A stretch of 64,000 bases of DNA from Chiloscyllium plagiosum (Eukaryota), in assembly GCF_004010195.1 (NCBI RefSeq), contig NC_057719.1, positions 63,365,378 to 63,429,377 on the forward strand, read 5' to 3'. Every line of letters starts with the position of its first letter. Position 1 is the first letter of the stretch. The position numbers and the translations under genes are program-made. Shown piece by piece: positions 50,150 to 60,080 of the stretch. Below the pieces are notes generated by a model. That model was not told the origin of the DNA, did not search any database, and worked only from the letters and a program-made list of their open reading frames with translations.

Positions 50150-51240
50150 GTTTTCCTATTTACATTGATGACTCTCCACTCTACGCACCAATATGTCTCT
50201 TGGCTCCTTCTGTTAAGTTTAGATTAGATTAGATTACTTACAGTGTGGAAACACGTCCTTTGGCCCAACAAGTCCACACCGACTCTCCGAAGAGCAACTC
50301 ACCCAGACCCATTCTCCTACATTTACCCCTTCAGCTAACACTACGGACAATTTAGCCTGGCCAATTCACCTAACCAGCACATTTTTGGACTGTGGGAGGA
50401 AACCGGAGCACTCAGAGGAAACCCACGCAGACAGTTGCCTGAGGCGGGAATTGAACCCGGGTCTCTGGCGCTGAGAGGCAGCAGTGCTAGCCACGTACCG
50501 CCCACCTATTAGGCTGCTTTTCGACATGAGCTGAAATTTATTCCATTCAAATATTGGAAAGAATGAGGAAGTTGTTTCCAAACTGGCTAAACTCTTTTCC
50601 TTTGTCGCTAACTCCGTGTCTCCTCGTTGCAGTTGTGTGAGGCTGAACCACACTGTTCACAACCTTCAGCAGCAGTAAGACTGCTTAATCCAACCTTTGT
50701 AACATCATCCATTCTACTGTTTCGACTTTTCTGCTGCTCACCTTTGCCCTTGTTGTTTCTAGGCTTGACTGTTGCAACACACTCTTGCCTGTTGCTCTCT
50801 CCTTAAGCTTGAGGTTATTCAAAATTCTGCTGCCTGCGTCCTTACTTGCTCAGATCACTCCGTTCCCGCTGAAAGATATTGGCTCCTAGTCAAGTAATAT
50901 CTCAGATTTTTAAAATTCCTGTTTTTTTTCAAGTCCATCATGGCTGTGCTCTTCATAATCTGTGTCATCGCCAGTCCCACAAACCTCCAAGATATCTGCA
51001 CTCATTTAATTCTAGTGTCTTGAACATTACTGATTTTAATTGCTCCATCAATATTTGCCTTTGCCTTCAGTTGCTGAGACTCTAAGCTCTGGAAATCTCT
51101 CTCTAAATCCCTGTGCCATTCTACCTGTCTTTGTTCCTCCAAGATGGTCCAAGCCTGTGGCCATTTGCCCTAATGTCACCTTACCTACCTCACTGCCCAA
51201 TTTTACTTTGTAGCACTCCTTTGATATGTCTTGAGATCAA
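50150..51240 (+). mobile_element. Old L2-like LINE fragment interrupted by a SINE
   Basis: Pyrimidine-rich; tctaggcttgactgttgcaac (SRLD.CN), caaaattctgctgcc (QNSAA), gctctggaaatctctc (LW.SL). Confidence 0.6.
50218..50505 (-). mobile_element. HE1-like V-SINE
   Basis: B box, V-domain and (aatct)n tail. Confidence 0.85.
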
Positions 51241-52420
51241 TGTTTGCTTTAACCTGTAATCATTGTTTGCAACTTGTCTTCTTTTCAATGCATAGCCACA
51301 CAATTTTTTTTTTGGGTAACGAGGTCTACGTGATATCTTTCCAGCTGCATAATGACCACACACTTGTATAGCTTAGCAGGGACGTTACTCTGGATGTTTT
51401 CTAATTTATTAGATACCATATAAATTCATGATCTTTGGTATGGTTTTGCCTTTCCAACACACTAGGGACAAAAGGTGGCACTGGAAAATCACTAATCATT
51501 GCATTTTGTAGCTAATTATAATTTTCCTGAAACTGTTTCATTGCCTTAGAGAATGGAAAGGGAGGGTTTTTTTCCCTGAAATATGCATTGGTGGAGCTGG
51601 AATGTACGATTGGGATTAAATTTCAAGTGGTGCCTGGGTAAATCCAATAGTGTACTTGAAAATCAGTTTAGGATCACTTCTCACTGCCTCACTTCCTATT
51701 TTCATAGCATGCGAGTTAGTGCCTATAATTTCTCACCATGAGAGTTTCTGCTCTATGCTTCAATATTTTGAAGAGACATGGTGCATTCCTATATGATGAC
51801 TTGAAGGATACAGTCTCAAAATAAGTGGCAGGCCATTTTGGACTAAGGTGAGGAGGAATTATTCACTCAGAACGTATGAAATTTTCTGCTCCAGAGGACT
51901 GAGAGTTCTCAGTCAACACTAGAAATGGTATTGAGGTAGATGTTCAATAGTAATTTAATCAAATTGTAGAACCGGCTCGAGGGACTGAGATACCCATTTC
52001 TGTGTGTCTTTCCTATGTTCCCAAGTTGCTCTTATTAGTTGGCACCTTTTTTTCTATTTTTTTTAAAGGAATATTTGATAATGGACTGAATTTGAGAGGG
52101 CATAGAAAATTATTTTAGAAGCAACTAATTAGCACAAGGTTGCTAATTGATTGCTTTCCTCTGTTTAAAAGATATCAATTTATGATTTTCCTGAAACTAA
52201 TTGTCAGCCCTGCAACTGTACTTCTCAAAACATCAGAATTAATCCTCAAATTCCCTGGCCCTATTGCTTTTATTATAAGTCAAATTGTACATCATAAAAA
52301 TGAGGATGAATTCTTAGATTGGGATGAAATGAAACAAAAAGTGCTTTGCACTCAGTCACCTTAAATCTGTGACCCTTTTCACATCTAATTCTTGTTTTCA
52401 CTGTTCTTAATTTAAATACA

Positions 52421-52733
52421 ATTAGATTAGATTACATTACAGTGTGGAAACAGGCCCTTCGGCCCAACAAGTCCACACTGACCCGCCGAAGCACAACCCA
52501 CCCATACCCCTACATTTACCCCTTACCTAATACTACGGGCAATTTAGCATGGCCAATTCACCTGACCTGCACATCTTTGGACTGTGGGAGGAAACCGGAG
52601 CACCCGGAGGAAACCCACGCAGACACGGGGAGAATGCGCAAACTCCACACAGTCAGATCCTGAGTCGAGAATTGAACCCGGGTTTCTGGCGCTGTGAGGC
52701 AGCAGTGCTAACCACTGTGCCACCGTGCTGCCC
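52421..52733 (-). mobile_element. HE1-like V-SINE, full length
   Basis: gggcagcacggTGGCACAGTGGttagc (A box)..GGTTCAATTCtc (B box), V-domain, CR1-like tail. Confidence 0.9.
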
Positions 52734-53257
52734 ACATTGGTATCTGAAATCATCAGCTGTTCAATAGAAATTCACCTTGACTGGATGAACGCGATAGTAA
52801 TTGCTTTTGCTTCCTATGAAGCTCATTTCATTAACTGTTAAAATTTTCTGTAAATGCCACTACTTTAACTTGTAAATTCCACTGTTGTGTTGATGCTATA
52901 CAACATGTTGAAAATAAATATTGTGCCTTTCCTGAATTCCTGCATTCATTTTAACAAACAATAATTAGGTACAAAACTATAACTATTAGTGCCTGTAGTT
53001 AACATATCCTGGAATTGTTTACAAGCATATCTTGTCGAAATTTACATTAATTGACTAAATAAAACATGTACATTTCACCCACTACAACAGGGAACAATAA
53101 AATTTCCTAGTGACCTGGGACATGTCTATATCGTGAACTAACTAAATGCAATTAAAAAAGGCCTATATCATCTCTCAGGATAAAAGACTTAACAAGCTTT
53201 AGGTTTGGTTTTAGCAATCCCTTTCACATTAATAACCATATTTGTATATTAATGATG

Positions 53258-53545
53258 ATTAGATTAGATTCCCTACAGTATGAAAACAGGCCCTTCGGCC
53301 CAACAAGTCCACACCGACCCTCCGCAGAGTAATCCACCCAGACCCATTTCCATACATTTACCCCTGACTGATGCACAACTTGGCATGGCCAATTCACATA
53401 ACCTGCACATCTTTGGATTGTGGGAGGAAACCCACGCAAACATGGAGAATGTATGAACTCCACACAGTCGCCCGAGGCAGGAATTGAACCCGGATCCCTG
53501 GTGCTGTGAGACAGCAGTGCTAACCACTGAGCCACCGTGCCGCCT
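53258..53545 (-). mobile_element. HE1-like V-SINE
   Basis: A box tggctcagtgg, B box ggttcaattcc, tail. Confidence 0.88.
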
Positions 53546-53689
53546 CTCCCCTAGTTACTATCTTGTGAAGCAAGGGAGAAGATTAACATTTTTGACTTCT
53601 GTCTATTAAGTCTCAAATTTAATGATTTAATATGAAAACAAAGAAACTTGTATTCTTTTTCACATAGAACATAGAGGAACATAGAACAT

Positions 53690-53875
53690 GTGATCTTTCT
53701 AATGTTGATCTTGCCAGTGCATGCCCTGGGCGACATAACCTGTATGCCTCTATCCAAGGTTTTTTTTTCCCTATGATCTGTACATCCTTGCTTACTATGA
53801 TCTGCCTGTATTGCTCGCAAACAAAGCTTTTCGCTGTGTTTAAGTACATGTGATAATAAATAAATCAAATCAAAT
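53690..53875 (+). mobile_element. Rex1-like 3' UTR/tail
   Basis: tgatctgcctgtattgctcgcaaacaaagctttt..aataaat(caaat)n, homologous to 43341-43420 on the minus strand. Confidence 0.7.
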
Positions 53876-54149
53876 GTGTGTTTAGAATAGCATCCTGAAA
53901 TGCAAAATGTATAGACGTTGGTTTAAGTGTATTCCTGAGGAGAAGGACATAGTCACCCTCCAGAAAAGCAATCAATAACCTGATGATGGGAAGCAACTGT
54001 ATTTAAAAAATAATTTACATTTATACCATGTATTTGAGGACCTCAGGACAACCCTAAACAGGTCATAGTCATTGAGGTATTTTTGAAATGCAGTCACTGT
54101 AATAGTTTAAAGAATTATAAGTACTTAATTTGAACACAGTAAGTGTCCT

Positions 54150-54224
54150 TCCTGATAAAGGACTTATTCTCCTGCTCCTCAGATGTTGCCTGACCTGCTG
54201 TGCTTTTCCAGCACCACACTCTTG
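54150..54224 (+). mobile_element. 75-bp PLE pLTR fragment
   Basis: 16-bp TSD with one mismatch acacagtaag(t/a)gtcct (54134-54149, 54225-54240). Confidence 0.7.
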
Positions 54225-55562
54225 ACACAGTAAGAGTCCTCAAACAGCCCTGAAATAATAACCAGCAAAGGACAGTCCACTTTCTTGCAGCAGCTAATTG
54301 TATTTGCGATATATACAAGTTAAAAGAAAAGATCAGCAGGGAATGTTTCCATCAGATCTAAATTCTATTCTAGAAAGTATTCTGGCATGGTTTTAAAAAA
54401 AAGTGTAGTATTAGTTTGCATATTTGAAAAAGAATGATCAAATTGACAGTGGTTAGTATTGACCAAGTTATAGCAAGGGGAATAACAATCTTTATTTGTT
54501 AGTTGAAACCCCCCACCCAAAAAAAGTTGAGGTTTTAATATGTTCTGGCTTTTATATCAAAGATTTTCATACATTTTGTTTTCTCTCTGACCAAGAGTTG
54601 TACAATTGACCTCTTGTCCCAAGAGCTCTGTCCTGATAGAATTCACAAAGTCTATTTGGACAAATGGGCTGGAAAGGTGGTTCTGGGGAAGTAAGTGGTC
54701 TAAACTGTCCTGAGATCTAGGTTGAACATGAAGCTTGGAATGTTTGCTGAGATTTACAGAAGGAGTGAGAATAGGCACTACTAATTATTCAAATTCCATT
54801 GGTAGAACATAGCTATTATTGATTTTTGATAGGGTGGATGCTAAGAGAGTTCTTTCTGCTATCTGGAGAAACTAAAACTCAGGGACATAGTTCAGGATGA
54901 GGCCTAGATCATTTAGGACTGTGATGAAGAGAAATGACTTCTCTTAAAGGAAAATGAACCTTTGGAATTTGCTTCTAATATAGATGCTCCATCACTGACT
55001 ATATTTAAGATAGGATAATTAAATCTTTGGAAGGAGTAAGCAGAAGAGGCAGGAAAGTAGAGTTTAAGACAGGAGGAAAGATCAGCCATGTATTGAACGA
55101 CAGGAAAAGCATGACAGGGCATATTGTTATGGACTAGGTCAGACCACTCAAAACATTCTTAAGCAGGCAACCCTGACCATAACTTTGCAATTTGTTTCAG
55201 TAAGTGTACAGTGAAAATTACCCAGATTAAGTTAGTGAGGTTGACTACCAGGTTTAAAACAGATAAAACAAAAATGTATTCACAAAATTACACAATGAAA
55301 CATGAAGAACAGAATAAAGAACCCCTACAAAACTCTATCCAAACTAGACTTAAGTATACTGTTCTGAATATACACAACAGTCCCAATAAGCAAACCCCCT
55401 TTAAAACACCGTACAATAAAGAGTCAGATGCTTAGAGGTTGACGTTAGAAGGGCAGAAGAGAGAGTTTCCACACAGCTCACTGTTGAACTACAAATCAAT
55501 TCTGGAGTAAACTAAATTGCTCAGCTCACTTAGAGAGCTGACCACTCCTCTTTCATTATACA

Positions 55563-56817
55563 GGAGAAAGTGAGGTCTGCAGATGCTGGAGATCAGAGAT
55601 GGAAATGTGTTGCTGGAAAAGCGCAGCAGGTCAGGCAGCATCTAGGGAACAGGAGAATCAACGTTTCGGGCATTAGCCCTTCTTCAGGAATGAGGAAAGT
55701 TGGTCCAGCAGGCTAAGATAAAAGATGGGGAAGAGGGANNNNNNNNNNNNNNNNNNNNNNNNNNNNNNNNNNNNNNNNNNNNNNNNNNNNNNNNNNNNNN
55801 NNNNNNNNNNNNNNNNNNNNNNNNNNNNNNNNNNNNNNNNNNNNNNNNNNNNNNNNNNNNNNNNNNNNNNNNNNNNNNNNNNNNNNNNNNNNNNNNNNNN
55901 NNNNNNNNNNNNNNNNNNNNNNNNNNNNNNNNNNNNNNNNNNNNNNNNNNNNNNNNNNNNNNNNNNNNNNNNNNNNNNNNNNNNNNNNNNNNNNNNNNNN
56001 NNNNNNNNNNNNNNNNNNNNNNNNNNNNNNNNNNNNNNNNNNNNNNNNNNNNNNNNNNNNNNNNNNNNNNNNNNNNNNNNNNNNNNNNNNNNNNNNNNNN
56101 NNNNNNNNNNNNNNNNNNNNNNNNNNNNNNNNNNNNNNNNNNNNNNNNNNNNNNNNNNNNNNNNNNNNNNNNNNNNNNNNNNNNNNNNNNNNNNNNNNNN
56201 NNNNNNNNNNNNNNNNNNNNNNNNNNNNNNNNNNNNNNNNNNNNNNNNNNNNNNNNNNNNNNNNNNNNNNNNNNNNNNNNNNNNNNNNNNNNNNNNNNNN
56301 NNNNNNNNNNNNNNNNNNNNNNNNNNNNNNNNNNNNNNNNNNNNNNNNNNNNNNNNNNNNNNNNNNNNNNNNNNNNNNNNNNNNNNNNNNNNNNNNNNNN
56401 NNNNNNNNNNNNNNNNNNNNNNNNNNNNNNNNNNNNNNNNNNNNNNNNNNNNNNNNNNNNNNNNNNNNNNNNNNNNNNNNNNNNNNNNNNNNNNNNNNNN
56501 NNNNNNNNNNNNNNNNNNNNNNNNNNNNNNNNNNNNNNNNNNNNNNNNNNNNNNNNNNNNNNNNNNNNNNNNNNNNNNNNNNNNNNNNNNNNNNNNNNNN
56601 NNNNNNNNNNNNNNNNNNNNNNNNNNNNNNNNNNNNNNNNNNNNNNNNNNNNNNNNNNNNNNNNNNNNNNNNNNNAACAGGAGAATCGACGTTTCGGGCA
56701 TTAGCCCTTCTTCAGGAATTCCTCATTCCTGAAGAAGGGCTAATGCCCGAAACGTCGATTCTCCTGTTCCCTAGATGCTGCCTGACCTGCTGCGCTTTTC
56801 CAGCAACACATTTCCAT
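55563..56817 (-). mobile_element. Young PLE insertion (two same-sense pLTR pieces plus an inverted one) spanning an assembly gap
   Basis: TSD ctctttcattataca (55548-55562, 56818-56832). Hammerhead motifs at 55656-55691 (-), 56684-56719 (-), 56725-56760 (+). Terminal ~125 bp are a near-perfect inverted repeat. Confidence 0.85.
55739..56675. other. Assembly gap
   Basis: Run of N. Confidence 1.
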
Positions 56818-57556
56818 CTCTTTCATTATACAGGTCACTTCTAAAACATGACCACTTTGGCCTGAAGTCTCATCAGTTTACATATAAACAAAAGGCCTCT
56901 CAAAATCCTTTTCATCTCTGTACCAAACCAGTCTGATTTACCCCTCTGAAAAAAAATCAAGGACAAAGTATCCTTGAGCCAAGGAACAGCTTTTAGGGAT
57001 AAAAAGAGACTAGCTTTGTGACAGTATGGTCTGCTGCTACTATTTCTTGTGTTCTTGTATTTGGGTCTTGAGGTTGTACATTCTTAAACAACTTAGGCTT
57101 GATCATCATTCTGTTGTCATCTCCATTTACTGGAATGTACTTCAGAAAATTTTAATTAAACGCTGACTTTAATTCGTGGTTTGAAAAGAGATTTCTATAT
57201 TTCATAGCAGCCCAAACAGCTAAGGATGAATGCATGTGCAAATAGAAGGACAACTTCACACTGGGTTTCTATTTAACAATCGAAAAATTACAGATGAGAA
57301 AAGCTGCATAACATGTATGGAATTCAGCCAACAGACTGTCTCGACACTTCTGCCCAACTGAAAGAAAATGAGCCGCTATTAGTTAAACAGCAGTACATCA
57401 TTGTTAAAAGAATTTTGCACTTTGCAATGGCAAAATTCATTTTTTTTTATAAAATATGTGCCCAAATGGAAATGGTGCAAGTATAAATTGAGCAGTATGC
57501 AGTTACAAAGTTGGAGAACACTGTGGAGAGCCTTAAGTGAACTGTCTTAACTTATG

Positions 57557-58290
57557 ATTCTGAGATACCGGTGTTGGACTGGGGTGTACAAAGTTAAAAA
57601 TCACACAACACCAGGTTATAGTCCAACAGGTTTAATTGGAAGCACACTAGCTTTCGGAGTGACGCTCCTTCAGGTGATTGTGGAGGGCTCAATCGTAACA
57701 CAGAATTTATCGCAAAAATTTGCAGTGTGATGTAACTGAAATTATACATTGAANNNNNNNNNNNNNNNNNNNNNNNNNNNNNNNNNNNNNNNNNNNNNNN
57801 NNNNNNNNNNNNNNNNNNNNNNNNNNNNNNNNNNNNNNNNNNNNNNNNNNNNNNNNNNNNNNNNNNNNNNNNNNNNNNNNNNNNNNNNNNNNNNNNNNNN
57901 NNNNNNNNNNNNNNNNNNNNNNNNNNNNNNNNNNNNNNNNNNNNNNNNNNNNNNNNNNNNNNNNNNNNNNNNNNNNNNNNNNTGTGTGTGTATATAGTGC
58001 AATGGTGGTGACCTGTAATGTGACATGAACCCAAGGTCCTGGTTGAGGCCCTCCCTATGGGTACCGAACTTGGCTATCAGCCTCTGTTCGGCCACTTTCC
58101 TCTGCTGCCTGGTCCCGAAGTCCACCTTGGAGGATGGTCACCCGAAGGTCCGAGGCTGAATGTCCTGGACCACTGAAGTGTTCCCCAACTGGGAGGGAAC
58201 CCTCCTGTCTGTTGATTGTTGTGCGGTGCCCATTCATCCGTTGTCGTAGCCTTTGCTCGGTTTCCCCAATGTACCATGCCTCCGGGCATA
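57557..58290 (-). mobile_element. 5'-truncated PLE with GIY-YIG endonuclease C-half and pLTR
   Basis: CPEAWYIGETEQRLRQRMNGHR..PVGEHF..H..DLRVTIL..E..LI.KF..GLN. 13-bp TSD gtcttaacttatg (57544-57556, 58291-58303). Hammerhead-like motif 57645-57676 lacks 3 nt of the core. Confidence 0.9.
57754..57982. other. Assembly gap
   Basis: Run of N next to a (tg)n tract. Confidence 1.
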
Positions 58291-58737
58291 GTCTTAACTT
58301 ATGGAGCCAAAAGTCAGAATAGGTAGGAGTACATTGTTAAAATATGAGAACTCCTTAAAATCATTCTTAGGTTGTCCTAATGTGCTTCATATACAACAAT
58401 AGTATGCATTTGTATCACAGCAAAACCCCAAGGTGCATGCAAGCTAGACTTGGAGGATGAGGTGGAAGGTATTGGTAAATAGGTGAGACGTGCATAAACA
58501 GAAGAGGGGATTTAAGGATTGTGTTGAGGGAAAATTTGCTGAAGGCACGTCCACAGTGGAAGGAGGCAATGCTTAGCATTGGAAGAGTGGGTTGTGTTTG
58601 ACAAGAAGTACAGGTGGTGGAGGTTCATTAAGAAAGGGGAGAACTTGGACAGATTTGAGGACAAAATTAAAGATTGCAAGTGGGACAGGAAAGACTTGGG
58701 AAAGTTGAGGGCAGATGGTAAATATAGCAGTGTTGGA

Positions 58738-59010
58738 GGGGGCAGCTCGGTGTTAGCATTGCTGCCTCACAGCGCTAAGAACCCAGGTTCGTTTCCTGCC
58801 TCGGGTGACTGTCTATGTGGGGTTTGCACGTTCTCCCGTCTGCATGGGTTTCCTCCGTGTGCTCCGGTTTCCTTCCACCATCCAAAGATGTGCAGGGGTA
58901 AATATAGGGTAGGGGAATGGGTCTGGAGGGGTTATTCTTCGAAGGGTCAGTGTGGATTTGTTGGGCCAAAGGGCCTGTTTCCACACTGTAGGGAATCTAA
59001 TCTAATTTAA
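58738..59010 (+). mobile_element. HE1-like V-SINE
   Basis: ttagcattgctgcctcacagcgc..ggttcgtttcc, V-domain, (aatct)n tail; lies within degenerate L2-like sequence. Confidence 0.85.
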
Positions 59011-59950
59011 TCAGAAGGGTGGTCAATGATTAAAGATGGAGTTGGAGTCTTGATAGATTAGTTGTGGGATTAACATGTGACAGGATCTGAGGATGGTACT
59101 TCAATGCGCAACTGATGCTTATAGAAGAATGAGAAACTCTGTCAACCTTGGAAAAAGTAAGAATGGAGTCACGAGAGAGAGTTGCTGGGGAGGGGATGGT
59201 GAGGTTGACTGAACCTGCAGATGGAGGCAAATTGAGGTTGATGAGGGATGGCACACCATCTTCAGAATGATTGTTCTAACCCAGAATGTCGTTGGATGCT
59301 CAGGCTGGGATCACCTTACAGCAGTGGAAAGAGGGAGCCTGGATTGCAGGATTGATGAAAAGGATGCCAAGGAATGGGGAGTTATGATGAATCTTTTATT
59401 TGTTCATGGGATCTGAAGGTCACTGGCGAGACCAATATGTATTGCTCTTGAGTTGTCTAATCAGCTTGAACCACTACAGTCATTAGGGAGGAAGTACACA
59501 CTGAGTCTTGTTGGTTAGGGAGTTCCACGTTTTTGACTGTGCAGTGTCTGATCAATAATCATATTTTTCCAAGTGAGAACGGTGTGTGATTAAGGACTGA
59601 ACTTTTGGATGGTGGTGTTCCTCTTGTTCTTGGTGATAGAGGATATGCTTTCAAAGGAACCTAACATTAGCTGCTGCAATATATACTGTAGAGTGTACCC
59701 ACTGGAGCCACGGTGTGCACAGGCAGAGGTAGTGAATGTTTCAGGTAGTGGATGAGAAGTCTGTCAAGTTTTGGTGTTGAGCTTGCTGGGTGTTATTGTA
59801 ACAATACTCATCTGGTAAATGGAGACCATTCCATTGTGCTTCTGAAATGTGTTATCTCGATGGTCAAAAGTATTTGGGAAATTAAGTTGCGACTCATGCT
59901 GTGAAATAAGCAGTTTGACAATGAATTCTTAACTGCGTGATTCTTTCCAG

Positions 59951-60080
59951 GATGATTGGAGATCTGCAGAAATTGAACTAAAATTTTGGACAAAGAAAAC
60001 TGGATTGTCCAAGACAAAAACAAATAACAAGTCTTAACCATTGAATGAAACAAATAGCGGAAAGATGAATATCTAGGCTG
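59951..60080 (+). other. Candidate host exon (possibly non-coding/UTR)
   Basis: ttctttccAG acceptor, purine-rich body, possible GC donor CTG|gcaagc; stops in all frames. 3' boundary uncertain. Confidence 0.25.

Larger units (their letters stand above)
55125..57023 (-). mobile_element. Solo LTR (~630 bp without its insert), probably Gypsy-type
   Basis: TGTTA...TGACA termini with 4-bp flanks atat/gtat; interrupts an old CR1 tail. Orientation tentative. Confidence 0.65.

Noticed and set aside
55673..56732. Longest ORFs in the track (334-342 aa)
   Set aside because: Almost entirely X; they read through an N gap.
57594..58125. ORFs of 82-146 aa
   Set aside because: They span an N gap; the real portions are the PLE endonuclease tail and pLTR.
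22412..59010. tRNA genes at A/B-box motifs
   Set aside because: These are SINE heads continuing into V-domains and LINE-like tails; no cloverleaf 3' end is evident.
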